From NCBI GenBank assembly GCA_964270895.1, contig OZ185443.1: 64,000 bases of DNA, one strand, 5' to 3'. This DNA comes from Podarcis filfolensis. Its lineage: Eukaryota. This document shows, one piece after another, positions 33,742 to 46,470 of this stretch. Numbering within the stretch: position 1 is the first letter of the stretch; each line of letters opens with the position of its first letter. Below the pieces are notes generated by a model. It did no database searches and was not told where the DNA came from. It worked only from the letters and a program-made list of their open reading frames with translations. Both the position numbers and the translations under genes were made by a program.

Positions 33742-35386
33742 AACTTAGATCCGTTTAATTGCCGCCCGTCTTTTCCTTTCTATTTAAATACCCAAATGTA
33801 GTGACTAGGATGCAGATTATCAAGGCAGTGAACTATGCAAAAACGCACAGAGCTGTTGCTTACCCAGCAATTCTAGATTTCAGGATTAAGCTTACAAACG
33901 AGAGCAGGGGTAGAGGGAAACAATAGAGAAATGTATGGAAGGTGTGAAAAGTAGGATGAATAATTCATCGTGTATTAGAATGTAGCTGTTTTTCTTCATT
34001 CGGATGTATGGGAACACAAAATACTATATATTGCAGCCTGGATAAATATAGAAAGCTAGACACAACAGACAAGTGAAAACTACAAAAAACTTTCACATAT
34101 ATCAACAATTAGCTAGGTATTGGAAGTTGCTTCTGTTTTTATCTTAGGCAGTGGCAAATGACTACATAGAATTAAGGTGATAAGAGTGGACTTTTATTAG
34201 AAGCTTGTGTATCAAAAGCATATTCATACCCTCCTCTGTTTATGGCTACTAAATGTGCTTTAAAAAATGACCTTCACTGCTCACCTTTAGTGAGTATTGG
34301 TGTACTGTAGTGGTGGCTGCATTTCCTATGCAACAGAAACTAATCAGCTGGAATATTTTTTTCCTGTGTAGAATAGAATGGTCTTTTTTTTCCATCTAAG
34401 AGACACAACGTTCTCAGAGAAACAGGTAACAGGAAGCTTTGTCACCAAACTAAACACGCTGTAAAAAATCTGGCTAGCGTGGTAGGATCTCACTGAGAAA
34501 TGTACGTCTGTGATGATGCCAGTGGTACTTAGCACAGCTGCTCATGGATGTGTGCCTAATTGAATGTTGTTTGTCTCAAGATTTTCCAGTGGACCATTTC
34601 AAGTGGCAGCCTGCAGCTGATGTGCCATATAACCCGCATTAACATCTCACCTGCAAAATACATAATTACACACAAATCTGCTGATTAGATGCAAAATGTG
34701 AATAAATGCCAGTGGTTGCGTTTCAAGAACCATCCATGCCTGTCCAAAGCAGAAATACTGAATGCATTGTTATCCAGCAGTACACTCACATTCTGCCTGC
34801 CCAAATGGAGAATCTTGTTAGTGAGCCCAAGCATAAAAAGAACTGAAATTAAGAATGCATAGTCCTCTGAAGTTAGTTAGCTTCATTTGATTTTGATCTA
34901 ACATATTGTGTTTTACTAACAGTTATGTCATGTGCCTGTTTTATTTTTATCCATTTTCTTTTTCTATGTTCTCAGCATTATTGCCTATGTTTAACTCACT
35001 GTTAAACAATAGGTTTGGGAACAATCCTGCCTTTCTTTATGCATGGGTAGATCCTATTGACTTAAATTGGACTTCTGCATGCCTTACTAGGCACAGGATA
35101 ACTGGCTTTGCATTAATTTTCAAAATAGTTGATGAGACCATCTTTCCCCCTTTTAACTGTTGAACTTCATTGAAAGGCTTCAATGAAACATAAAGTCAAA
35201 CTCTTAACTTTTTGTACAACCAAAGTTCTGTCTTCTCTGATTATGCCTAAATTGGTATTTATTTTAAATTAAAATGTCTACAGACACCCTTATCTCAGTC
35301 TACATCCAAAGAATGAATCCTTGTAAACTGAGATGGGCTCTAGGGCACCTTTTTGTTTCCTGTCATAGCTGAGGACAGTGCACAGA

Positions 35387-35527
35387 GAATCACAGAATTG
35401 CAGTGTTGGAAGGTGACCACAAGGCTCATCTAGTCCAACACCCTGCAATGCAAGACTTTTTTGCCCAACGTGGGGCTCGAACCAACAAGCCTGAGATTGA
35501 GTCTCATGCTCTACTGACTGATCTATC
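35387..35527 (-). mobile_element. tRNA-Lys/CR1-tail SINE
   Basis: Homologous to 33309-33445. Confidence 0.8.
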
Positions 35528-35806
35528 CACAGGGCAATGCTGTCATTGTGTGCACTAAATGTGCATATATGGGTTGGTGGAATGGTGTCCACCGGCCTTG
35601 CCCCCTCTCTATATGTATCCAGTATTCCTTCTAAAAGTTTGCATGATTGGCTGCCCAACTGGCACATGTAGGCTCTTTGGGGAGTTAAGTTGAGTCTGCA
35701 AAGGAAAAGAGGTGGAAGACAATATTTTTGGTGCGTTTGAACATTCAACATGCTCAAAGATGCATCTGTTGGCTGGGGAATGAATTCAAGCCAAAATTAC
35801 ATGAAA

Positions 35807-36070
35807 CTCGGTCCCTGCTCCTGCCAACCTAGCAGTTCGAAAGCACATCAAAGTGCAAGTAGATAAATACCATAGGTACCGCTCTGGTGGGAAGGTAAAC
35901 GGCATTTCCATGCACTGCTCTAGTTTGCCAGAAGTGGCTTAGTCATGCTGGCCACATGACCCGGAAGCTGCACACTGGCTCCCTCGGCCAATAAAGTGAG
36001 ATGAGCGCCGCAACCCCAGAGTCGTCCGCGACTGGACCTAATGGTCAGGGGTCCCTTTACCTTTACCTTT
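35807..36070 (+). mobile_element. Sauria SINE, 5'-truncated
   Basis: Aligns to 4335-4601 and ends ccctttacctttacc. Confidence 0.93.
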
Positions 36071-37039
36071 TAGTCTTATTGCTAAAGGGTGGTTTTTGCC
36101 TTGGCAAGGAGTGAGGCAAGGGGGAAACCACTCAGACCTGTGGCTTGAAAGTATTGGTCAAGTCAAAAACTGCTTGGACCCTTGCTTTTGAGGCACAGCT
36201 CTTGGAAGTGTGGATGAGTCCTTTCTTTGTGCCAATACTAATATGTGTAACCAGTCCTCCCCCCTCTGAAAAAATATGGAATTAAAATAATTATATTGTC
36301 ACTGGAATGGAAGATACACTTGTTGCCTAATGGTTATGTAGATTTCCCCCTTGTTGTTATGTCTTCAGGTGATCTAACATGATGGATGTTATGACAGGTT
36401 TCCCACAGTTAACAGGCGTGAAGAGGCCTGCTGACTAGCTTGCCAGTTAACTGCTAACCACCCTAAGGCATCCAGTGCTCTTTTAAAAAATAAAAGAAGT
36501 TTGAGTTTCAAAGAAACATTTGTGTATTTAATCTCATCAAACCCTCATCCACAATAAGACAAAACTCCCTCCATTTCTTGCTGTGCTTGTTCTTAAACAA
36601 CCTTGCTAATTTTGCTATAAACCACCCTTACTAAAGTGAAGGCATGGCAATGAGAGTTTTACTGATACAGCTTTTTAATCTCTCAATACACCAGGCTTTT
36701 ACTAGATTGCTCAGGTATTTCATATCTCAAGAGCCTGCATAAATTGCATGCGATAGTCTTTGTATAATCAAGGTCACCAAATGTCAAAAGGCAGCTGATA
36801 ATTGCCAGTGTGTTGTGCTAGTATAAATACCAATGAACTGAGATGAGCTTCTTGTCAAGTGTAGTGTTTTGCCATGCGGAGCTAAAACCTATCATCCTGA
36901 AGCTGTTGCAGTCACCCTGAAAACTTCATATGATGGACAATGGATTAAGCATAAAAACACCATTGGGTCACTTTCCCACAACTCAGCAGTGACTATGCTG
37001 GATGTAATTACAGATGGTAAAGAAGATCGAGTTGACTGG

Positions 37040-37370
37040 GATCCTTACAGACTTGGAGTTCATCTGGAGTGTTGTGTCCAGTTTGGGGCAAAACACACTT
37101 TAAAAAGGATGTAGACAAACTGGAAGGGATAATACAGGAAATATAGAAAAAGGCCAGTGGAATAGAAAGCAAGTACTAAAGTAATAAAAGGAAAGATTGA
37201 AAGAACTGGGTGTGTTTTACCAGGAGACAATAAGACTAAAGGGAGAACATAGCAAGCACAAAACACCTAATGTGTGGTCATGTCAAGGAGGGCAAAGACT
37301 AGTTTTAAGCTGTCCCAGAGGACTATACTAGATCTAATGGGCATAACTTTCAAGAGGGTAGATTTAGGGA
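37040..37370 (+). mobile_element. Old CR1 fragment
   Basis: catctggagtgttgtgtccagtttgggg...aaaaggatgtagacaaactggaa is a worn homolog of 14540-14800. Confidence 0.7.
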
Positions 37371-37714
37371 GCAAATTATTGTAGCTCACATTGCAGCAAA
37401 GGATAACAAGGATTAAAGCACCTACCATACACACACCCTACATACTCAGGTTAGTCACCCACACCTGCAATTTGCTTTTAAGAAGCAGATTGTGCAAATG
37501 ATTATAGTGATGGGTGTATTTTCTAATCTGGCCCATACTTAGAACTCATGCTCTGCCATATAGACACAAAATGAAACAAAAGGGCAAGGCAGAAATATTT
37601 TTGCAGCAGGAAAACATTTTCCCAGTGATAAGGACCATCTCTTGTGCAATTTATTTATTTATCTATTTATTTATTTATGGTCTTCCACACACATCTCAAG
37701 GTAATGTATATAAT

Positions 37715-37780
<66 letters not shown>
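37715..37780. repeat. (ACA)22 microsatellite
   Basis: Direct reading of a 66-bp pure run. Confidence 0.98.
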
Positions 37781-39600
37781 GTTTAAAACAATAGAGGAAA
37801 TACCAATACAGATATGTAAGTGGCTTTCTTAATTCTTCTTCTGTTGCTATGAATTGGACTGCTCAACATTTTCCAACCATGCAACCCATCAATTAAGGAA
37901 TGCTGGCAACTGCCTGTAGGATATTAGAAACAAGAATCTGCCTCTGGCCCCTGGTCATAATTGTTTTTAGAACTAAAAACAAATCAAAACTGGGCTGGAG
38001 ATCCAGCCACTAAGTACAGTGTGCCAAAAATCAAACATGCCCAAACAATTATCAGAAGCATCAAGGTGTGATCAAGGCCCTCCTGGCAACATCGTGAAGT
38101 GAACTTGCATTTCTAATTCAGAGAGATTGGAAAACTATACAAAGAAAAGTATACCTAGAATTGTTACACAGTGGAAATCATGGAAGCCAAAACATTCCGT
38201 CCAAGTTATAATGGATGTAGCCCTACATTAGCTAATTTTACCTCCATCTGTTCTATCAGGATGTCTCAGAACAAGCAAAGTTTTAAATTAGATGTACAAA
38301 GAACAAACTGGAACTAAGGCTTACTGAGCACCACCCACTAAGTTTGTTCCTGTGCCTTGTATTGCTTGTTCCCTTGTGCATCTCTGTGGCAACATATTTG
38401 CTTATTTTTGTTATTATTGTTATTCGATTTCCCCTCCCTACCCTTCTACATGAAGTTCCAGGGTGGGTTAATTGTCATCATCATCATTGCCGTTACTAGA
38501 TTTTTTTTTACCTCTTGTAAAGTGAGAGCTTTTGGGGGTACAGTGTACCATCACACCTGGGATGTGGGTTTTTTGGGGTGGGGTTGCTCTTTCAATCACA
38601 GAACAGAAAAAATAAAATAAAATGATGCAGAACAGCTGAAAGTTTTCATGCCTCCAGTTTAAGCTCAATATGGAAGCATAGCATGCTGCTTCTGTCAGTT
38701 GTGACAGACTCCAATACAGAAACAACACTCAGGCAGGGGATAAATTTGTGATCTGCAGGACTTCAATTCAAAGAAAGCACCAGAGGTCAGGTGAGAGGAA
38801 AAAAATAGTGTCTCTCTTACTCAGCATTTCAGCAAATGACAACTCAGAGGCAACAAAACCTGTTAAAGAGGATTTGTGAAAACTTCACTTTCCACAGCCC
38901 TCCCCCACAAAAAATGGCTATTCAGAAAAGAATGTGATTGATATGACATGAGAAAAACATATTGCTCGTAAGAGGCACTTGCTTATTCAGTGAGCATTGG
39001 AATGCTTTACTTTATCTGTCCATTATTGGCCACGTATATTTGCCGCTTCTATAATGCTCTAAGAAGACTATCATAGGGATTTTCAGGTTGTGGACTCTTC
39101 AGTCTGTCATTCAGCATATGTCCTGCTGAACTCTGTCAAAAATTCTAGACATATATCAGGGTTAGTTGGCCCGCAATGATACCATCTGCAGTATTATTAC
39201 AGACATGATCATCATGATGAATTTATGTCATCTTGAAGATTTTGAACAAGGCTGATGATAACACTATATTGGTTTAATTGGGCCACATTCTTTACATAGA
39301 TAAACATTATTACTGATTTAATTCTAGTTTAGACTGATTTTCCAAGTCTTCTGTTTATAAAGCCATTTGCTTTAATAATTGGAAGTGAACTTAAGATGCC
39401 TTTCTCAAGCCTTACCAGACATCACTAAACCCAAGCTTGACAGAGAATTCTGGTCCATGGATTTTGATCTTAACTATGGGTTAAATCAAGAACCATGCCT
39501 GGAAAGGTAAGTGTCATTAAGCCCTTAACATGCAAATTGGAGTTGTGGGGACAAGTGTGCTAGCTTCACCTTCTGTTGTTTTTCCTATCATCCTCCAAGA

Positions 39601-39755
39601 AGCTCACTGGGAAACCTTGGGCTAGTCACTGTCTCTCAGCTTAACCTATGTCACAGTGTTGTTGCAGGAGTTAAACAAGGATGGGGAGAACCATGTACAC
39701 CACCTTCAGCTCCATGGAGATAAAGGGGGGATGTAAATGCAAATGCAATGCAATG
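39601..39755 (+). mobile_element. CORE-SINE (MIR/Ther1-derived, Squam3-like) 3' part
   Basis: accttgggctagtcactgtctctcagcttaacctatgtcacagtgttgttg (CORE-like), followed by an L2-type end. Confidence 0.7.
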
Positions 39756-40344
39756 AGTTGGAGGGCAAACATCCGAAGCATGGAGCTTCCTGTGATCATG
39801 GAGTCTCCCCATGCAAATAATAATAATAATAATAATATAGTATTTTTAATTTATATCCTGCCGACTCTGAGCAGCTTACAACATATATAAAAACACAACA
39901 AAACATCAAACATTAAAAAACAGAATATACTATGCAAACAACAAACAAACCAATAAATCAATAGAAACCAATAATGACAACCATAATAACAATAAATAGT
40001 TTACAGTTTTACCCAAATAAAAATAACGGCCAACCCCAACTAAACATTTAGCCAATACCAACTCAACAAGAACAAAACAGAGGAATCAAAATTAAAACTG
40101 TTTAAAACAATGTAAAACATTTTTGCCAGTTGCCCCAACCCAAGAGTTGTTCCAGCAATGTCCCTCCGGCCTCCCAGGAGCCTCTTTTAGCTGTTCCGGG
40201 TGAGTAAGGCTCCATCCCCTAGGCCAGGTGGAAATGGACTTTGCAGCAGAGAACATGTCTTCCTTCCAGCACTCACAGCGGTCTTCCTTTCAGCACTTTA
40301 GAACAGAAAAGGCTGTCTTGCAACCAGTGAAACTATTGGTCTGT

Positions 40345-40460
40345 GTAGAAAACCATTGTCAACTCTACACTGACCAGCAGCACCTCTCCAGCTTCAGACC
40401 AGAGCCTTCCCTAGCATTACCAGGAGATATTGATGATCACCTAGGACCTACGCTATACTT
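40345..40460 (-). mobile_element. Degenerate Squam2-like SINE fragment
   Basis: tctacactgaccagcagcacctctccag...ttcagac is the complement of the SINE body. Confidence 0.45.
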
Positions 40461-40690
40461 CTTCCCCAGAGCTGCCTAGGGTTTTTTGGCATCTCACTGG
40501 AGCAGCTTGAACTCACATCTGCACCTTCTTCCCAACCCTTTGTCCCACGCAGTAAACTATGGAATATAGTTCTAGTTCAGTGTTTTGCCTTTCCTTTCCT
40601 GCTCCTTAGAAAGCCTCAGGCCTTTACAGATAAAGTACACAGATTGTGGTGGAAGAAGAGAGATTTTACTTTCATACTCAGGTGTTAGTT

Positions 40691-40907
40691 CAGGGGTCAG
40701 CAACCTTTTTCATGTGGTGGGCCGGACTATATTTTGGAAAAAAATATGAACGAATTCCTATGCCCCACAAATAACCCAGATATGCATTTTAAATAAAAGC
40801 ACACATTCTACCCATGTAAAAACACATTGATTCCCGGACCATCCATGCGCCAGATTGAGAAGGTGATTGGGCCGCATCCTGCCCATGGGCCTTAGGTTGC
40901 CTACCTG
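40691..40907. mobile_element. hAT MITE with 8-bp TSD
   Basis: TIRs caggggtcagcaacct / aggttgcctacctg. TSD TGTTAGTT (40683-40690) / TGCTAGTT (40908-40915). Confidence 0.85.
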
Positions 40908-43699
40908 TGCTAGTTCAAACACTACATGCACTGTGACTGTGCAATGTTTTTCAAGGTATGTATTAAGAATAGAAAGATTCAACTACATTCTCATACATAC
41001 AATCAATCTTTTAATGATGTAATGGTGTAATAATCTTTAGAGGAATAACATCGGCTAGAAAGAGCCTCTCTGAATGAATTCTGATACTCATTATAACTAA
41101 TGGAGATCTAACTTAGTTTATGCACTCTCTCATCTTAAAACCTGTCCTTTGATTTTAAATTGACTCAGGGTTGTAGATACTGCAGTTATTAGCCTTTGTC
41201 AGAGTCCTGCTATCTTTAAATTAGCCCTTCAGAGGTGACCCTCCTAGAAATGAATGAGAGGTGATAGGAAGGCTAAGAAATGGAAGCAAGATGTGTGAAA
41301 AGATATATACAGAGGCAAAGTCCTTAGATGAAATACATTTCCAATTACAGATGCAAAAGACATTGTTGATTTGGTGAAGTTCTAAGTACAGGTTATGGTA
41401 GCTATAGATATATCACATATATAATGGATGGAAATGCAGGGGTTATGCAGCATTTTTTTCTCCCCACGAAATGCCTGTCTTATTTTCTCCTCTAATTTTA
41501 TGCAGCTCCATGCTAGCTGATGTCAAGGGAGCTATTTGTTTCTATGTGTACATGTTCACTATGGAGAGGGTGGATATTATATTAAGTCTTAGAGGGGAAA
41601 GATACAGAAGGGGAAAAGAGAAAGAAAGGGAGGAAGAGACAAATCGCAAGATAGCATGAACAATTTTACAATGGCAGACTTTCATCTTTGTCCACTAACT
41701 GATTGAAAATGGATAGTTGATAGAGTTAGTTATCTTTTAACCAAGGTTTCTATAGTTCATGGCATTACTAGTGGACTGATCCTCTGATCTACGTGCCTAA
41801 GGATGATAACTTTCAAGCATACATATTAGCATTAGAAGCTGGAGAATGGGGAAAATAAAGCAAAAGCTAGATATCTCTTACCTTTCGTTTGTACTTTTTT
41901 GCAATATTCCTATGCAACACTGTTTACATTTCTAATTTAAAGCCAAAGATTGTATTTCAGCCAGCTGGAGCTCTTGCATTAAACTCAATATATCTTAAAA
42001 GTTGGATCTATCCAGTTAGTAGTAAGCATCATTAAGTTTAATGAAGTGTACTCCCATAATTGCCTGCATTTTTGACTCACACCTTGGGGTCATGGCTATG
42101 GACTATCATTGAAAATGTGGCTATAGGTGCTATTATGATGAGCCCTTGCACTTCAAAACTTTCCATTACACCACTGGTCAGACTGATGCTTTGTCTAGCC
42201 CTGTATTGGCAATTGCACCATTGGATTTCCAGGATGTCAACCAGAGATCTTTTCCTGTACCTGCTACCTAAGCTTTTAAATAGAAATGCCATATTTTAAA
42301 TGTGTGGTGAACAATTACGGGAGGGGGGGAGGCAGAGGGATCCAAAAGCCATTTTCAATATAGGAAGAATTGTCAATTATTTTTTCATTGTACTGAACAG
42401 GTCATGCAAATTTACCCTAATAGTGCACATCTGGGTCAAGACAAACAGAAAGAGCAACTGAAGACCAAAGATCCCTCAGTGAAGGAAGAGAAGACAGACA
42501 AATATTTTGAAAATGCTATGATACTAGAAAGTGTGTTTTAATCTTCTCATTTGTGTGAGTGCTCTTACATTTTTGTATTGTAAAAGGAAAGTTTTTCTGC
42601 AGGTTTATCAATAACTTAGTAATCATCACTCTCTCATGCCCTCTCTTTCTTTCTCTATTATGTGTCAAAAAACTTCAGCACAGTATCAAAGTGCAGTCAC
42701 TTTGATATCTTTTATGTTACTGTTATTAATCCAACTCACCCATAAAGTTCTGGTTCAGTTGCTTGGAAAAGAACACCTTCAACTTCCTTGACAAAACAGA
42801 GATGATCCTGTAGCACCAACATCTCATTTTAGATCTTAGAGTCTCTCAAAAGACTATCAGGTCAAATGTGCCTTGAAATTTAAACTTTGTTGAGCAGGAC
42901 AATTTTTTAAAAAAAAGAAGAACCCGTCTAACTGGGTGCATCTCAGTGTGCGTTGCGGCAGATTATATCTTCTCCAAGGGCAAAGTGAAGGCTAGCTGAT
43001 GAAGTCTGGCAATACTAAAAAGGTGAAGTCTATAATTGGAATTTTCAGCAGAGAAAGAGAGACAGAATCTGAACATTTTATTATTTTTTTGTAATATGTA
43101 GGAAAGTAAATCTTGAGCACATCTTTTCCTTAATTCACCTCATGAGGGATTCAAATGATTATTTTTCTAAGACATGAAGACTTTCCACAGTGAAAATCTA
43201 CATTAAATTGGATTGTTGATGTGCTGCATATATTTTGAGATTAGGGGAGGGAGGTCAGCATGAATTTAGCATGCATGAAAACAACTTTTATTATTATTCA
43301 TCCCATCACTCAGTTTCACAAGGACCTGTATCACAAAGTGATGTTAAAAAGTTGTATTGTGGGGGAAAATGCTTCTTAACCCTCATTTTATTATTTATAG
43401 AGCATTTAGTATGTGGTTTAATCATTCATTTCAGGCAACCATCTGTCAGACTATGTATACCGATCAATCTGGTTGCAAGGCAGTGGTTCCAAATAAATAG
43501 GTGTTCTCTTACAGAGCCATTCCACTGGTCCATATAGCCAAATACTGTCTACTCTCATTGGCTGTGCGATGGTGTGACAGCACTTTCTCACCCTGGCACT
43601 GTTGGGCCAGCCCTCAATTAAATAGAATGTGACCACCTCACGGTACACCAGTTACATGAATTTCTATAATTTACCCCAGATTACTAAGTGGAGGGCTTG

Positions 43700-44553
43700 T
43701 GTGAGGGGAAATTTAATAATTTGGAGTCTCAGGCAGGAGACTCCAAACAAACGCTTTTTTTTATTAAACATAGGAAGTTTATGACACAAAGTGGGTCAGG
43801 AAACTAGTTCTTTCGGGTAGAATTTAACTTATTTACTTTATAAGATGTATTGGGCTTAAACACAATACTATAGGTACAACTCTTCTTAAACTTCAGTTAC
43901 TAAACATCAATTTGTTCACTTCAAGTAGATAAATATTCAGGTTTCCAGAAGTGATGGTAAAATGTTCAAATCAATGCCTGTCACTTAGAGAATATAATAC
44001 TTTCAACACTATACTGCTTCCATCACAGCTTAATACTTTGGTTCATGAGCGAGGGACATTTTTCCTCACTTACCCACTCTCTTAACAATCCCAAACCTGA
44101 GGTATTATACATGGTATTACAGATCCAGGATCCCCTCTCCCTTTTTTACTGGGTTGGGAGTCTTCAGTACCTAGAAAAATTCTCCCCTCCTGGCTAGACT
44201 GACACCCAGGGAACCTGAATTCCCACAGGATCTGTCTCTCCTGGTTCAGACTCAGCCCTCCCACCACACTCCTGTCTGGATACCTTCCCCAGACCCTCAG
44301 CCTAGTCTACGTATCCCAGCTATGAGGCTCTGTCCTCTCCCTATGGATAGTCTCCTCAGTATGTATCTCCCTCCCCCCTCAGAATCTGTTCACCCTCTCT
44401 CCCAACCTGAAACCTGTCTAACCTCTCCAAACCAATCATATCTCTCCCCCAGAACTCTGGCCAATCAGACACTGTTGCCAGTCTACTGTTTGCTGGCAGA
44501 AAAAACACACACTTGGTGACCCAACCTGCCCAGCAAACAAACTTTTCCATCAC
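43700..44553 (-). mobile_element. Solo LTR (about 854 bp)
   Basis: Ends TGTGAGGGGAAA...TTTTCCATCACA are 10/12 inverted. Flanks gcttg / ggttg give a 4/5 TSD. Minus-strand AATAAA at about 43760. Confidence 0.65.
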
Positions 44554-46149
44554 AGGTTGTCTCAATGAAAGTTGTGAATAGTTTAACATAGTGTTACAGA
44601 TTGAGCTGCCAGGTCAGGAGCATACCAGACCCTCAGATTTCAGAGTACAAACCTGAGACCTAGGGGTGGCTCCTGGTGATATCATTAAGCACGAGCCATT
44701 AACAGACCACCCAACTGTCCCAATTTGAGTGGAAGATCCTGGATTTACAGAAGCCACTACAGTTTCTGTTCGAAATACGGATGTCCTGCTTCTGCCACTA
44801 TCTCCCACTGCTGCAGGTACAAAGCCTGCCACATTGTTGGCAGTGGAACTGCAAGATCTGCTACGCTGCCTTTGTCACTGCCAAAATTCCTCCCAGGCTT
44901 CTCCGAGTTACTGGGGGGTGGGCTACTGAGATCTTGTGCATGTGAATAATCACCCTTCAACCTTGAATTACTTCTGGTCACATCTAAATTATTATGTTTC
45001 TTAAAGCCATCCATGTGTTAATTTTCCTCTACATTTTTTAAAAATGGAAGTTTGCATGCAACAACACTGGAAATAGAACATACTCAGAGTATCCACTTTC
45101 TTTCAATAGAATGATGCACACATAAAATAAATTAAGAAGCACAAGGGTAATATAGAAGAAAACTCATGGGTCATGTGGCAAGGCATGCTTTTGCAGTTCA
45201 GCCAAAATACCAACTCACTAGCATAACAGGAAGATACATCTTATATTTGAACACTGCAAACTTTTTGCAGAGTCCAAAAGTTAGAAAATATCCTGTCCTA
45301 ACAAACTCTGCTTATCCACTGTGAGAATTCCTGTGTTCAATAGCCCTCAAAATTTCTCATTTTCTTACCTGTGGAGTACTGATTGCACACTGAACCTGCA
45401 GATTACACAATGTAAACAAACTTTCGGGACAATTTAGAAATACATCTATTCTGTATTTGGACTTAGCACAAAACTCTTATTGATGTCTACTTATATTATC
45501 TAGATAACTGTATTTTCAAAAGCTAAAATAACAGCACTGAGAGGCCTGGCATAAATCGCAGTTTGTTCCTACAATATCTAGTGGACCATGTTATATGAAG
45601 ATGTTGGCAAACAAAACTTAGCAATGTGTCTAGGTCTTTTCTGGGCATATGTTCCTCAAACACGTAAGAAAAGTTAAGGGCATTCTAAAGCCACCACTAG
45701 GAGAAGGGATGGGGAAGCCATGGTCCTCCAGATGTTGACCTCCAACTCCTAATGGGAATTAATCTAATTAAGGATGCAGTCTTCAATGCCATTGTCTGTG
45801 ATATCCTCCCAGTCTGGCTCCATGGAATGGAAATTCTTTTCTGAGAAATATCAGCTCAGCCCTAGTGAAATGCAAATGAAGTGGGGTACAACTGTGTCTC
45901 TCAGAATGCAGGCATTCATGAGTCGGGAACAAACCTTCTTGGGTTGCAAGATCCAAAGTCTAGAACCTTCTTAACACAGACCAGAATTCCACTGATGGCT
46001 TCAATGGGTGAATAGGCTCATATGAAAGTACCTGAGTATATACAGATTTGAAATACAACAAAAGAGAAGGAGCCATAGACCAATACTAGGAGTATATTAT
46101 GACCTCCAAGGGAGCACAGGGCAGAGCAAGGAGGTGTTCAGAAAAAGTA

Positions 46150-46470
46150 GCCGTAAGAAGAATATAAGTGCATAAGAAGAGACCTGCTGGATGAAACCAA
46201 AAGATCACTCCTGTCCAGCAACCTATTATCGCAATAGCCAAACCAAGGTCCATGGGGAGCTCACAAGCAGCAACAGCACTCTCCCCACTTCTGATTCCTT
46301 GCAACTGGTATTCAGAGGCAAACCTGCTTCCATCATTGGAGGTAGAATATAGCAATTGTGACTAATAGCCATAGATAACCTGGTCCTCCATAAATGCGCT
46401 TAATTCTCTTTTGAAACTATCCAGGTTGGTGGCCACTGCCAAATTATGTGAGAGTGAGCTCCATTGCTGA
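46150..46470 (-). mobile_element. CR1-type 3' end fragment
   Basis: cataagaagagacctgctggat...gcaactggtattcagagg...aggttggtggccact. Confidence 0.7.

Noticed and set aside
34509-34620. C/D box snoRNA (gtgatga ... ctga)
   Set aside because: No convincing terminal stem or internal C'/D' boxes, and both motifs are common by chance.
37514-37832. Poly-T and poly-Q ORFs
   Set aside because: Translations of the (ACA)22 microsatellite.
41882-41931. 50-nt minus-strand candidate exon before a strong gtaaga donor
   Set aside because: AT-rich with a weak acceptor and no supporting signal.
42077-42292. Minus-strand candidate exon with a gtgagt donor
   Set aside because: The acceptor is poor and the peptide is unrecognisable.
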